From NCBI GenBank assembly GCA_963705105.1, contig CAVPIW010000014.1, forward strand, positions 1-64,000: a stretch of 64,000 nt of DNA, read 5' to 3'. Both the position numbers and the translations under genes were made by a program. This DNA comes from an uncultured Nitrospiraceae bacterium (GTDB taxonomy: Bacteria; Nitrospirota; Thermodesulfovibrionia; Thermodesulfovibrionales; Dissulfurispiraceae). The notes beneath the pieces are model-generated. The model was not told the origin of the DNA and did not search any database. It saw only the letters and a program-made list of their open reading frames with translations. Position 1 is the stretch's first letter. The number at the start of each line of letters is the position of its first letter. Positions 1 to 10,314 of this stretch are shown piece by piece.

Positions 1-87
1 TTCCATACTCGGCGGTGGACCCTATTGTTTGGACAGCCTGATGGGTGGGATAAGCTCTGAGTTCATTGTTAAATTCTTTATGAAGCA

Positions 88-945
88 TCAGGCAGCCTCG
101 GCGAATGGGTGAGGCAGTCCATAGTAAACCTCATCCGGGGTACGGTCGTCAAGAGAAGAGTGCCCGCGCTGTTCGTTGTAAAAGCGTATCCAGTTGGTTA
201 ACCCCTGACGCAGCTCAGAGCCGCCGCCGAACGAATGCAGGTAAAGGTAGTGATGTTTGATGGTCCACCATAGCCGTTCAACAAAGATGTTGTCCTGGCA
301 CCTACCGCGGCCGTCCATACTGATGGCGACTCCGTGGTCCTTGAGGATTTGAGTGAACCCTTTGCTGGTAAACTGTGCTCCTTGATCCGTGTTGAAAATC
401 TCCGGTGCCCCATAGCGGCTCAGGGCTTCCTGGAGGGCCTGATTGCAGAAGTCCGAGTCCAAGGTATTGGAAAGACGCCAGGACAGGATTTTGCGGCTGT
501 GCCAGTCCATGACCGCCACCAGGTACATAAAGCCACGTGCCATGGGAACGTAGGTGATATCGGTAGCCCACACCTGGTTGGCATGATCGATCCTCAGGTC
601 TCTGAGCAGATAGGGATAAATTATGTGCTCCGGATGGGGCCGGCTGGTGTGCGGCTTGGGGTAGATCGCCTCGATGCCCATCAGTCGCATCAGCCGCTGG
701 ATGCGTTTGCGGTTGACCTTACGGCCCTGTCGGCGGAAATGCCGCGCCATCGACCGGCTGCCGTAGGTCGGGGTCTTCAGGTACTGCTCGTCGATCAGGC
801 GCATGAGGTCCAGGTCCTCGGGATTAATCGGGCACGGCTCATAGTAGAACGAGGACCGGCTCAATCCCAGCAACTGGCATTGGCGGGAGATGCTCGGCTC
901 GCGAAGTTCAGGTTCGATCATCTGCTTTCGCTGCTGGCTGCTCAA
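88..945 (-). CDS. IS3 transposase OrfB (DDE/rve domain)
   Basis: Motifs WATDITY, FNTDQGAQF, DNIFVERLW; lies in the -1 frame relative to orfA. Confidence 0.95.
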   Translation of the reverse strand: MSSQQRKQMIEPELREPSISRQCQLLGLSRSSFYYEPCPINPEDLDLMRLIDEQYLKTPTYGSRSMARHFRRQGRKVNRKRIQRLMRLMGIEAIYPKPHTSRPHPEHIIYPYLLRDLRIDHANQVWATDITYVPMARGFMYLVAVMDWHSRKILSWRLSNTLDSDFCNQALQEALSRYGAPEIFNTDQGAQFTSKGFTQILKDHGVAISMDGRGRCQDNIFVERLWWTIKHHYLYLHSFGGGSELRQGLTNWIRFYNEQRGHSSLDDRTPDEVYYGLPHPFAEAA

Positions 946-1223
946 GAGCCGAGCTTTCGTGCTAAAAAATCGTTTTCTACCTTGAGCCGGCCAATCTGCC
1001 GGTAGAGCTCATCGAACTGGCCCTCGACCTGCTTGCGGGACTTGTGGTTCTTGTCGAAAAGCTCAGCGGCGCTGTCGAGCAGCTGCCGCTTCCAGGTGGA
1101 GATCATTGTCGGGTGGATGTCGAAGCGACTGGCCAGTTGAGCGGTGGTCTCTTCGTTCTGTAATGCGGCCAGCGCGACCTTCGCCTTGAATTGGGAACTG
1201 TGTTGCTTTCGTTTCTTGCTCAT
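942..1223 (-). CDS. IS3 transposase OrfA (HTH)
   Basis: KRKQHSSQFKAKVAL...LKVENDFL is typical of OrfA; in-frame slippery heptamer T TTT TTA at 963-969. Confidence 0.92.
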   Translation of the reverse strand: MSKKRKQHSSQFKAKVALAALQNEETTAQLASRFDIHPTMISTWKRQLLDSAAELFDKNHKSRKQVEGQFDELYRQIGRLKVENDFLARKLGS

Positions 1224-1290
1224 CTCAGATCCTCCATGAGTGGTCTGAATCAGAGCTTAGCACACTGTCCAGTTTTTGGGGTCCACCGCC

Positions 1291-1490
1291 CTCTCAGCGG
1301 GACGGCAGCGGTTTCGCAGCACCGATGCTTTTCGGCGCTTCACCCCGCCATTCGGTCGTGCGTATGGGTGTGCATCTCCAGGTGTTCAGCGCCTGTTGCC
1401 TGACGGGCTTTGGTGTCCATCGACACGGCTAAGGGTGATCTGGTGAAGGTATCTGAGCGGAAAGGCCTTTCACCACATCAGCCTTCCCGC
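1291..1490. repeat. Right part of composite non-coding repeat (family-1 variant followed by family-3), interrupted by the IS3
   Basis: Matches 45479-45700, e.g. cgggacggcagcggtttcgcagcaccgatgcttttcggcgc and ggaaaggc..ttcaccacatcagccttcccgcacg. Confidence 0.88.
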
Positions 1491-1612
1491 ACGCATGGTC
1501 GCGGCCTTATTCCGACGACTGTTTCCCGTTTCTTTGGAGCTTTGCCCGGCCTTTTCATGCAACTGAAATGTTTATTTCGCTGATTACGTTGAGCGAGTTG
1601 ATTGAGCCACGC

Positions 1613-1646
1613 CTTTATTTGCGCTCTTTGCGGCTTTGCGCGAGAC
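1613..1646. repeat. Short tandem ctttgcg-type intergenic repeat; inverted copy at 55891-55920
   Basis: tttgcgctctttgcggctttgcgcgagac versus reverse complement of gtctcacgcaaagtcgcaaagagcgcaaag. Confidence 0.7.
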
Positions 1647-1715
1647 GGGCCTGGGATGTTTTTGCGCTGCGGAGAGACTTGAAAACAAACCATATTTATT
1701 GGTATAGTGAAACGA

Positions 1716-1800
1716 GCCGAAGTGGTGGAACTGGTAGACACGCACGTTTGAGGGGCGTGTGGGGCGACCTGTGCGGGTTCGAATCCCGCCTTCGGCACCA
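1716..1800 (+). tRNA. tRNA-Leu (anticodon GAG)
   Basis: Acceptor stem gccgaag/cttcggc, anticodon arm cacgt-tt-gag-gg-gcgtg, long variable arm, ggttcgaatcc T-loop, encoded CCA. Confidence 0.97.
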
Positions 1801-1917
1801 TCCCTTCTCTCCTTTCTGAAGACATACAGACTGCGGCAGCTCAGATCATCTCTTCCATTAATTTTCTGTAACTGCAATTTAGTTGCAATGTTCTTGTCCC
1901 CGTGCTATCATCATTTC

Positions 1918-2178
1918 ATGAGCAAAACCGAGAAGCGCCTGAAGAGGTTTCTGTCGAAGCCACAAGATTTCACATTTGAAGAACTCAAAGGCCTTCTGAA
2001 GAGCTTCGGATATGAAGAGGCGAAGACAGGCAAGACAGCAGGGGCAAGGGTTACGTTTTACAGCAAGGAATTTGACGACATGATCAAATTCCACAGGCCG
2101 CACCCTTCAAAAACCGTGAAGCCACACTACCTGCGAGAAATCGAACAGCATTTGAGAGAAAAGGGGGTCATAAAATGA
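1918..2178 (+). CDS. hicA: HicA-family toxin
   Basis: Basic 86-aa protein MSKTEKRLKRF...FHRPHP; ATGA overlap with downstream hicB. Confidence 0.85.
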   Translation: MSKTEKRLKRFLSKPQDFTFEELKGLLKSFGYEEAKTGKTAGARVTFYSKEFDDMIKFHRPHPSKTVKPHYLREIEQHLREKGVIK

Positions 2179-2510
2179 GTGATGTCATGAACTATAAAGG
2201 ATATTTCGGTACGGTCCGCTACAGTGAGGAAGACGAGGTTTTCTACGGCAAAATAGCGGGCATAAACGACCTCATCATGTTTGAGGGCGCGAGCGTTAAA
2301 GAGCTGAAGAATGCGTTCCACGAAGCCGTTGATGATTACCTTGAAACATGCAAGGAGATAGGCAAGGAGCCGCAGAAACCCTTCAAAGGCAGCTTCAATG
2401 TCAGAATACCGTCGGACCTTCATAGAAAAGCCGCAAAGACGGCGGCTATAATGGGAATATCCCTGAACCAGCTCGTTCAAAAGGCATTGGAAGAAAAGGT
2501 AGCCACCTAA
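2175..2510 (+). CDS. hicB: HicB-family antitoxin
   Basis: YKGYFG...FHEAVDDYLE...KGSFNVRI (RHH C-terminus). Confidence 0.92.
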   Translation: MSDVMNYKGYFGTVRYSEEDEVFYGKIAGINDLIMFEGASVKELKNAFHEAVDDYLETCKEIGKEPQKPFKGSFNVRIPSDLHRKAAKTAAIMGISLNQLVQKALEEKVAT

Positions 2511-2562
2511 CCAACCTGTATTATCGGTCCCGTCGGCGCCGGGAAAGGAGGGCAGCGATACT

Positions 2563-5556
2563 GTGGTAAAGGTCATACACCAGATACCCGGGAGGGCCCG
2601 GTTCAAGGTGACCGGCCTGCGAGGTTCTCCTTTTCTTGGCAGTCATCTCGTCCTGCGTCTCCGCTCACGCCGGGGGATCACGGCCGCGACGGCGAATTCC
2701 GCGACCGGCAATATACTCGTACTTTTTTCGGGCAGCCATACCGCCGACGCTGTCGCCGCCCTTATCGAAGAGGTGCTGGCTTCATTCTCCGGGAGTCCCC
2801 CCGCCGGCGCCACAGATACGGGCACTCGACACCCCGGCTTCTCTGTCGGCGCTCCCGGATACGACCTTCCCGCCGACAGCGATTCGGCTCTGCCATGGCA
2901 TACGCTTGCTGCTGAAGAGATCCTTCACCTTTACGGCACGTCGCCGACATCGGGGTTATCCGGTGATGCCGCGCTGCGGCGATTACGCGACCACGGCACA
3001 AACGCATTGCCCGGCCTCCCCTCCCGCTCCTTCGCAACGATTCTCCGGGGGCAGATAACATCCCTTCCGGTCCTCCTGACAGGCGCATCGGCTATCCTGT
3101 GGGTCATCCCCGGGAGGATCATCCAGGGCCTCGTCGTGCTCGGAGTCGCTCTCACCAATGCCCTGATCGGTGCGGTCACGGAGAGTCATGCCGAGCGAAC
3201 GATCGAGGGTGTCCGCAAGACCGTCGATCTCAGGGCGCGAGTGCTGCGGAATGGTGAGATACGCGAGATTCCCTTTGAGGAACTCGTCCCCGGTGACATT
3301 CTCGACCTCCAGGTGGGCAGCAGGGTCCCTGCCGATGCCCGTGTCTTTCAGACGGACTATCTCAGCGTGGAGGAAGCCGCCCTGACGGGTGAAAGCCTGC
3401 CTGTGTACAAGTCAGTTGAGCCCATATCAAGCGTGAGCATCTCTGTCAGCAGACGCCGGAACATGGTCTACCGGGGGACCCTCGTAGTCGAGGGCAGTGG
3501 CAGGGCCGTCATCATCGCCACGGGCAGGGAAACCGTGCTGGGAAGCCTCCAGGGGTTCCTGGGAGAGGTCTTCCCTCCCGAGGCCCTCCCTGCTCAATCC
3601 ATGAGAAGACTTGCCATGAGCTTCCTTCGCTCCTTCACCATTGCCGGCGGCGTTCTCGCGATCGTTTCTCTCTTCACCGGTCATGGGTTGCTCACGATCA
3701 TGCAGGACCTTTTTTCCCTGCTCGCCGCAGCGGTCCCGTCCGGGCTTGCCACTCTCGCAGTGAGCGCCTTCGCCCTGGGGCACAGGGAGATGCGCCGGCA
3801 ACACATTCTCGTCCGCCGTCTGAGAGCCATCGGGAGCCTTGCCTCGATCCAGGTCGTTTGTTTCGATAAAACCGGCACGCTCACGTATAACCGCATGACA
3901 GTGACGTATCTATACGGCGGTATGAAGAGGGTCAGGGTCGGCGACAGAGGTTTCTTCTCTTCGGAAGGACCGATCGATCCCGCCGCTGACGCCGACATAT
4001 CATGGCTGGTCCGGTTATCCGCCCTCTGCAACGAGGCGTCAATGAGCGAAGACTCCGGGAGGATCTCTCTTGAGGGCTCTTCCACCGAGAGGGCACTCAT
4101 CGTCATGGCTGAGAAGGCGGGCCTCGACATCTTGCGGCTCCGGGCCGATAACCCGATCCTGCACATTACACACCGCTCCGAAGAGAGGCCTTTCATGGTG
4201 ACCGTCCACCGGACCGCAGGCGGACGGATGCTGACGGCGGTGAAAGGAAGTCCCTTCGAAGTTCTCGACCGTTGCACGCACTGTCTCGTCAACGGCCGGA
4301 CCGTCCTCCTGGGGGAAGAAAAGCGCAGTGAGATAGAGGCTGAAAACTTCAGGCTGTCTGGGGCGGGTCTCAGAGTCCTCGGCGTTGCCTACCGTCGCGG
4401 GAGGCCAGGAAAGAATAGCGGTGATGCCGAGACAGGGCGGCGGCTCACCTGGGCGGGCCTTGTCAGTCTCAATGATCCTGTGCGCAAGGGCGCGCGCAAT
4501 CTCATCGATTCCCTCCACAGGGCGGGGATCAAGACAGCGGTGATAACGGGCGACCAGAGTCTCACTGCGCAGCAGATTGCACAGGAACTCGGAATAAGCG
4601 GCACCGAACCGACAAGAACGCTTGACGCCGCGGACCTGACGGCACTGAGTCCTGACAGCATGAGAAGCATCGTGGTAAATACGCATGTATTCTCGCGCCT
4701 GAGCCCGACCCAGAAACTCCAGATCATTCAGGCTTACCAGGGCGCGGGCTGGGGAGTGGCCATGGTCGGCGACGGGTTCAATGACGTCCTCGCCCTGAAG
4801 GTAGCCGACATCGGCATTGCCATGGGGAGAGAAGGGGCCGACCAGGCTCGCAAGAGCGCCGACCTCGTCCTCGAGGATGACGACCTCGAGTCCATCATGG
4901 TCGCCCTGCGCAGCGGCGACGCCTTTTACGGAAACCTCAGCCGGAGCATGCGATATTTGAATGTGGCGACGCATGTGGACATGGCCATGATGCTCTCGGC
5001 AAGGATCGGTCTTTTGCCCCAGGGCGTCGGCGTACTGCAGAGCCTCTGGACCAACCTGGCCTGCCTCTCCCTTGCCGTTGAGCCTCCCCGTGCGGACGGG
5101 TCACTGCTGCGACATCCCGGCGATGAAAAGGACAAATTCGATGATCGCGCCATGAAGGCCACCTACGGTGATGCCCTCAAGGTCATCGGATCCGGCGGTG
5201 CTGCCGGCGCACTGGGTCTGGTCCGTTACGGCTCCTTGTCGGCAGCGGGCCGTTTGTTTGTGCCCGCCGTTTCGATCAGCCAGGTCCTCTACGCTGACGC
5301 CTGCCGTGAAATGGATCAGGATCAGCGGGGCCGCGGGCCTGCAAATCACCCCCTCATGGCCACCATCGCCCTGACGACGGGCGGGTATCTCCTTTCAACA
5401 ATCCTCTCCGGGCGTTTCTTCGACGCCGCTGCAATCGTTGCAGGCATGCTGCTGGGCCGGTCTCTCTTCAGGCCGGGGAGAGATGAGATATCCCTTGATG
5501 CAGTGCAACTTCCTTACGACTCCGGAGCGGCAGGAAGCATGGCCGACATCGGATAG
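2563..5556 (+). CDS. Cation-transporting P-type ATPase (type II-like) with N-terminal HMA2-like domain and atypical membrane ion-binding motifs
   Basis: TGES, DKTGT, TGD and GDGFND motifs; N-terminal HQIPGRARF; TM4 reads VPSGL rather than PEGL. Confidence 0.9.
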   Translation: MVKVIHQIPGRARFKVTGLRGSPFLGSHLVLRLRSRRGITAATANSATGNILVLFSGSHTADAVAALIEEVLASFSGSPPAGATDTGTRHPGFSVGAPGYDLPADSDSALPWHTLAAEEILHLYGTSPTSGLSGDAALRRLRDHGTNALPGLPSRSFATILRGQITSLPVLLTGASAILWVIPGRIIQGLVVLGVALTNALIGAVTESHAERTIEGVRKTVDLRARVLRNGEIREIPFEELVPGDILDLQVGSRVPADARVFQTDYLSVEEAALTGESLPVYKSVEPISSVSISVSRRRNMVYRGTLVVEGSGRAVIIATGRETVLGSLQGFLGEVFPPEALPAQSMRRLAMSFLRSFTIAGGVLAIVSLFTGHGLLTIMQDLFSLLAAAVPSGLATLAVSAFALGHREMRRQHILVRRLRAIGSLASIQVVCFDKTGTLTYNRMTVTYLYGGMKRVRVGDRGFFSSEGPIDPAADADISWLVRLSALCNEASMSEDSGRISLEGSSTERALIVMAEKAGLDILRLRADNPILHITHRSEERPFMVTVHRTAGGRMLTAVKGSPFEVLDRCTHCLVNGRTVLLGEEKRSEIEAENFRLSGAGLRVLGVAYRRGRPGKNSGDAETGRRLTWAGLVSLNDPVRKGARNLIDSLHRAGIKTAVITGDQSLTAQQIAQELGISGTEPTRTLDAADLTALSPDSMRSIVVNTHVFSRLSPTQKLQIIQAYQGAGWGVAMVGDGFNDVLALKVADIGIAMGREGADQARKSADLVLEDDDLESIMVALRSGDAFYGNLSRSMRYLNVATHVDMAMMLSARIGLLPQGVGVLQSLWTNLACLSLAVEPPRADGSLLRHPGDEKDKFDDRAMKATYGDALKVIGSGGAAGALGLVRYGSLSAAGRLFVPAVSISQVLYADACREMDQDQRGRGPANHPLMATIALTTGGYLLSTILSGRFFDAAAIVAGMLLGRSLFRPGRDEISLDAVQLPYDSGAAGSMADIG

Positions 5557-5595
5557 ACTGATGAGCCGCGTTTTCCGGGCAGTGACCTGTTGTCA

Positions 5596-6909
5596 TTACA
5601 CGGACAGTGTCCCTGATCTCGTGGCGGCACTCTGCATCAGGGCGGCAACGGGCATCAGGTCATAGGGACTGCCCTTCTCAATAGCCGTCAGCACCGTGCC
5701 GCCTCCGGTGAAGAAGTAGTATCGTGCATTGTCCATCACCGAAAGGTAGAGCCCCGGGCAGAGGTTCTTGAATTCCTGCAGGGTGTCGCCTCCTCCGTAC
5801 ATCTTGATCGCATCCCTGTTTTCGTCGATCGTCTGGTCCAGGGCCTGTGAGCCCTCAGTGAAATGGGGCGTGAAGCCCATAACGGCATTGACGAATATCG
5901 TCTTCGCGTTGAGAATGGCGCTGTGTACCCCTTCGGTCCTGAAAGAGGCGGCATCGACGTCCACGCCGTACCCGTAAAGATGACCGCTCTGCAGGTCTGA
6001 CACGGAGACGATCCTGAACCGACCCTCCTGCCTGCCCTCGAGGGTGTCCGATTCGACAATGAAGGGAAGCTCGATGATCTTCTTCACCCCGGCGTCTTTC
6101 CGGACAAGATCATGTGCAAGCGCGATGTCCTCTTCGGAGACCCCCTTCATGCGCACGTCGTATTTTGCGCAGAGGTAGGTGTTGTAGATGACGCCACCGA
6201 GGATGAGGTAGTCGACCTTGTCATAGATCGCCAGCAGGGGGCCGATCTTCGTGTCGTACTTCGCGCCGGCTACGACCGCCAGGAAGGGCCTCTCGGGATC
6301 GAGCACCCTCCCGAGGTTTTCGATTTCCTGCTGCATGAGAAAACCCGCATAGGAGGGAAGGTGCCTGACGATCGTGTGGGTGGAGGCATGGGGCTGCCAG
6401 GACCCGAAGGCGTCGTTTATGTAGATATCAGCCAGTCCCGCGAGCTGCAGGCTGAACCGGTCCCGTTCGGCGCCGTCCGCCTCCTCACCGGCAAACCACC
6501 GCGTGTTGGGCAGATAGATGCCACTGACCTTCTTGCTCCTCATTTGCCGGATGGCGAGGTTGATCGACGTGTCTATCCCGGCAATCCCCTTCGCCGGATC
6601 GGCGGGGAAATCGGGAATGACGAAGCGTGTGTGGAGCTTCTGTTCGAGATACTCGACAATGGGACCGACGGACTCCCCGGCCCTGCACGTAATGGCTCCC
6701 GTCTTTTTGTCCCGCGGCCTGCCTATATGGGTCATGAGGATCGGTCTGCCGCCCCTCTCGACAATGTGAAAGAGCGTGCCGATCGTGCGGTCGATCCTGA
6801 AGGGATCCCTGATCTCGCCCCCCTTCACCACATTGTGGTCGAAGCGGACGAGCACGACCTTGTCCTCGAGGGATGCATCCTGAATGAGGGGAAGCCGCAT
6901 CTGCTCCAT
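5596..6909 (-). CDS. pgk: Phosphoglycerate kinase
   Basis: VLVRFDHNV, THIGRP, YINDAFG, GGGDT, TGGG motifs; start placed at MEQMRL behind a GGAGG RBS. Confidence 0.9.
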   Translation of the reverse strand: MEQMRLPLIQDASLEDKVVLVRFDHNVVKGGEIRDPFRIDRTIGTLFHIVERGGRPILMTHIGRPRDKKTGAITCRAGESVGPIVEYLEQKLHTRFVIPDFPADPAKGIAGIDTSINLAIRQMRSKKVSGIYLPNTRWFAGEEADGAERDRFSLQLAGLADIYINDAFGSWQPHASTHTIVRHLPSYAGFLMQQEIENLGRVLDPERPFLAVVAGAKYDTKIGPLLAIYDKVDYLILGGVIYNTYLCAKYDVRMKGVSEEDIALAHDLVRKDAGVKKIIELPFIVESDTLEGRQEGRFRIVSVSDLQSGHLYGYGVDVDAASFRTEGVHSAILNAKTIFVNAVMGFTPHFTEGSQALDQTIDENRDAIKMYGGGDTLQEFKNLCPGLYLSVMDNARYYFFTGGGTVLTAIEKGSPYDLMPVAALMQSAATRSGTLSV

Positions 6910-7167
6910 CTGTCGCCTCCTTGCCGTTTCTTTTCTCATTGTATCACACTTCCGCAGAGGAAACGGACAGCGCATCTCTATCGACAAAAACAGCACCCTG
7001 GCACCGGCGGCCGGGCGAATGGTATCATGTCATTTATCAACATGCCTCGCTGATGGAGTGTCACTGCCTGCCAAGCTTCCCCAGCCCGACTGGCGAGCCT
7101 GTGAGAGGAAAAACTTGGTCAAGTTCTTAAGGAGACGTTTCTCATTAGACTGTACATTTCTCACAAT

Positions 7168-7187
7168 ATTGAGTAAAATTACTCAAT
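7168..7187. promoter_or_regulatory. Palindromic operator-like site overlapping the ATPase start codon
   Basis: attgagtaa-aa-ttactcaat, a perfect 9-bp inverted repeat. Confidence 0.55.
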
Positions 7188-8392
7188 GTCTTATGCAAAG
7201 CAATATAAGCGTCCCCTGTTTGAGGTTGTGCTGAGAAGACTCAGGGAGCCTCGCCGGTTTCTGCAGGTTCTTTGCGGACCCAGGCAGTCAGGAAAGACAA
7301 CCCTGATCAGGCAGGTACTCGATAGCCTGGACATGCCCACCCACTATGCCTCAGCGGACGAGCCGGGACTCAGGCCCCTGGGGTGGATAGCGGAGCAGTG
7401 GGAGCTGGGCAGGCTAAAAATACGACGAGGCGGAGAGGTTGTCGTCGTTTTGGACGAGATACAGAAGGTACCGGGCTGGTCGGAAACGGTCAAACGGCTT
7501 TGGGACGAGGACTCGGCACGCGGGTCCGGAGTGAAAGTCGTCGCGCTCGGATCGGCTCCACTCCTGATGCAGAGGGGACTGTCCGAGAGTCTGGCGGGAC
7601 GGTTCGAAGTGCTCGCCATACCCCACTGGTCATATCCCGAGATGAGAGACGCATTTGGATGGGATCTGGACCGGTTCATCTTTTTTGGTGGCTATCCCGG
7701 TTCAGCAGCGCTTATTGACGACGAGCAGCGGTGGGCACGGTATGTAGTGGATTCGCTGATCGAGACGACGATCTCCAGAGATGTGTTTCATATGGCGAGG
7801 GTGGACAAGCCGGCTCTTCTCCGTCGTCTTTTCCAGCTCGGGTGTGAGTACTCGGGCCAGGTGCTCTCCTATCAGAAGATGCTGGGGCAGCTTCAGGAGT
7901 CCTCCAACACAACGACCCTCGCCCACTACCTTGATCTGTTGTCCGGCGCCGGCATGATCGCAGGGATCCCGAAGTTTGCCGGGCAGAAAGTGAGGCAACG
8001 GGGATCGAGTCCCAAGCTCATGGTGCTCAACACGGCCCTCATGTCGGCGCTCTCTCATTTCAGGTTTGAGGAGGCACGCAGAGAGCGGTCATTCTGGGGA
8101 AGACTCGTTGAGTCGTCGGTAGGCGCGCACCTGCTCGGCGGCGCCATGGCAGGAGACTTTGAGGCTCTTTTACTGGCGGGAGAGGGGCAAAGAAGTGGAC
8201 TTCGTTCTGAAGAGGGGAAAAACGCTCGTTGCGGTCGAGGTCAAGAGCGGACGGCCGAGGGATGCCTTTCAGGGCATGGAAGAGTTCCGGAAGGCTTTCA
8301 ATCCTGCACGAATACTCGTTGTGGGAGAGCGAGGGATGCCTCTTGAAGAGTTTTTCGCTGCGCGGACGACTGAATGGCTTGAAGATCAATAG
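7186..8392 (+). pseudogene. AAA_14 + DUF4143-type ATPase, frameshifted near 8163
   Basis: Walker A GPRQSGKT, LDEIQ, ESLAGR, GGYP; the C-terminal LFYWRE...EVDFV...AVEVKSG nuclease-like motif continues in another frame (8159-8392). Confidence 0.85.
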
Positions 8393-8561
8393 CCGAACGA
8401 TCACTCCATTTGTCATTGACCGTCAGTTCTCGTTCAGTTTTTTCATCGAAAGTGACCGATAGACACCACGGAGCATAAAAAGGCAGTGAGGGACTGACTC
8501 ATCGCTGTGCAGAGTGTAGACCTAACACTTCCCTCTCTTTCAACAGTGTCATCGGTGGCCG

Positions 8562-9134
8562 GACAACACGGCGTCGCTTTATTCCGTCAATGGCCTGACG
8601 GGCTACCTCAAGTCATTGGGTCACAAGGTTCCGAAGTCGGCAGTGGCCGATTACCTGGAATGGTTCGAAGACGCCTTTTTCCTCTTCACTGTCAGGATCT
8701 TCGACGCGTCGCTTGCGCGCAGAAATGCCAACCCCAAGAAGATCTACTGCGTCGATCACGCCATGGTCACCTCGGTGTCGTCAGGAATTCTCGTCAACGC
8801 GAGGCATCTCCTTGAGAACCTCGTGTTCACAGCTCTCCGGCGCCTTTACCAGGAAATTTGCTACTTCAAAACGAAGACCGGTAGAGAAGTTGATTTCATT
8901 GTCCCGATGCGCGGACAGCAGCCGATCCTGATCCAGGTATGCGAGTCCCTGGCTGAACCACAGACACGGAAACGGGAGACGACGGCCCTGAGCGAAGCGA
9001 TGACCGAGCTCGGCCTGAAAACGGGAACTCTTGTGACAAGGGGCGAGACCGGGCGGATCGAAACCGGGGGAGGCACGATTGACGTGGTGCCTGCATGGCG
9101 CTTTCTGCTCGATCTGCCGGAATCGGCAGGATAA
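8562..9134 (+). pseudogene. C-terminal fragment of a second AAA_14/DUF4143-type ATPase
   Basis: NPKKIYCVD, LLENLVF, YFKTKTGREVDFI present; no Walker A region upstream. Confidence 0.8.
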
Positions 9135-9145
9135 TCGTACGGTGG

Positions 9146-10291
9146 TCATGGCAGCCCGGATATCGCTTCAATCAAGCCGGCGAGGCTCACAAACCGGACG
9201 GAGAAATCGTAATATGTCCTGGAAAAGGACTTTTCGATATCCGCTGCCACCACATAGTTGGCTCCCCCGGGGTACCGCATCCTGAAGGCCTTGATGTTGG
9301 CAGCATCGAAATCGGCGGCGGACCATTTGCATTCGATGGCGACGGGGTCACCCTGACGCTTTGCAAGAACGAAATCCACTTCATGGCCCCGCTTGTCTCT
9401 CCAGTATAGCACTCTCCTGGACTGGGTCTGTGCGTGAATCTCGTTCAACACGTAGTGCTCCCACAGAGTGCCATAGTCTTCACTGCGGAGATCATACCAT
9501 CCCCGGTAATGGCAGACGAAGCCGGTATCAAAGGCATACACCTTCGGGGCGGAGATAATTTCCGTCGGCCGGTGGGTGCTGAACGGTCTTATCACGTGGG
9601 CGACATGGGTCGTTTCGAGAACGGCAAGGTAATTGGAGATCGTTCCGCGGCTGACTTCGCAGGGGTGGGCAAAACGAGTCGCCTCGAATATCCCTCCGCT
9701 CTGGATCATGAGCAACTCGGCAAATTTCAGGAATGAATGCCGCCTCTCAAGCCTGAAAAGCTCCTGGATGTCTTTGGCCCAGTAAGATTCCATCCACTCC
9801 TGAAAATCGCGCTCCGGATACTTTTTCGCAAGGAAGAAAGGAGGCAGGCCGCCGCGGCTGAAGCGATGAGTGAAGTCCTGATTCCCGAAATCAGCCAGAT
9901 CGGCTGACATCAGGGGAGTCAGCCAGAGCTCGTACTTCCTGCCGGCAAGAGTGTCCTTGAACTTGGCCGAGGCGCCGAGGGTGGACGAACCCGTGGCAAG
10001 AATCTTTGTTTCAGGATAGTGGTCTGCTGCGATCTTGAGGATTTCAGAGGGGTTGTCAAGGCGGTGGATTTCATCCATCACGATGGTGCGGCCCCGCAAG
10101 TCTTCGAGAAAAGACTGGGGATCTCCCATCATGCGCCGCGTTCTGGGCAGTTCACAGTCGAAATACTCTATGCCAGGCAGGCTCTTGGCGAGAGTGGTCT
10201 TGCCGGCCCGGCGCACTCCCGACAGCCATACGACCGACCGCTCCCGGAACCCTTCTTCTATTCGCTCCTGCCAGAAAGTCCTGCTTACCAT
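9146..10291 (-). CDS. AAA_14 + DUF4143-type ATPase (intact)
   Basis: GVRRAGKT, MDEIH, TGSS, LAGRK, PKVYAFDTG, YWRDKRGHEVDFV, AIECKW. Confidence 0.9.
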   Translation of the reverse strand: MVSRTFWQERIEEGFRERSVVWLSGVRRAGKTTLAKSLPGIEYFDCELPRTRRMMGDPQSFLEDLRGRTIVMDEIHRLDNPSEILKIAADHYPETKILATGSSTLGASAKFKDTLAGRKYELWLTPLMSADLADFGNQDFTHRFSRGGLPPFFLAKKYPERDFQEWMESYWAKDIQELFRLERRHSFLKFAELLMIQSGGIFEATRFAHPCEVSRGTISNYLAVLETTHVAHVIRPFSTHRPTEIISAPKVYAFDTGFVCHYRGWYDLRSEDYGTLWEHYVLNEIHAQTQSRRVLYWRDKRGHEVDFVLAKRQGDPVAIECKWSAADFDAANIKAFRMRYPGGANYVVAADIEKSFSRTYYDFSVRFVSLAGLIEAISGLP

Positions 10292-10314
10292 ATGCAATCA
10301 TATTAGCAAATAGT

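Larger units (their letters stand above)
11..1290 (-). mobile_element. IS3-family insertion sequence (about 1280 bp)
   Basis: Imperfect 26-bp terminal inverted repeats ggcggtggaccctattgtttggacag (11-36) and ctgtccagtttttggggtccaccgcc (1265-1290); 3-bp direct repeat ctc at 8-10 and 1291-1293; contains orfA and orfB. Confidence 0.93.

Noticed and set aside
1780..1800. Genomic island bounded by a duplicate of the tRNA-Leu 3' end
   Set aside because: No convincing second copy and no adjacent integrase seen
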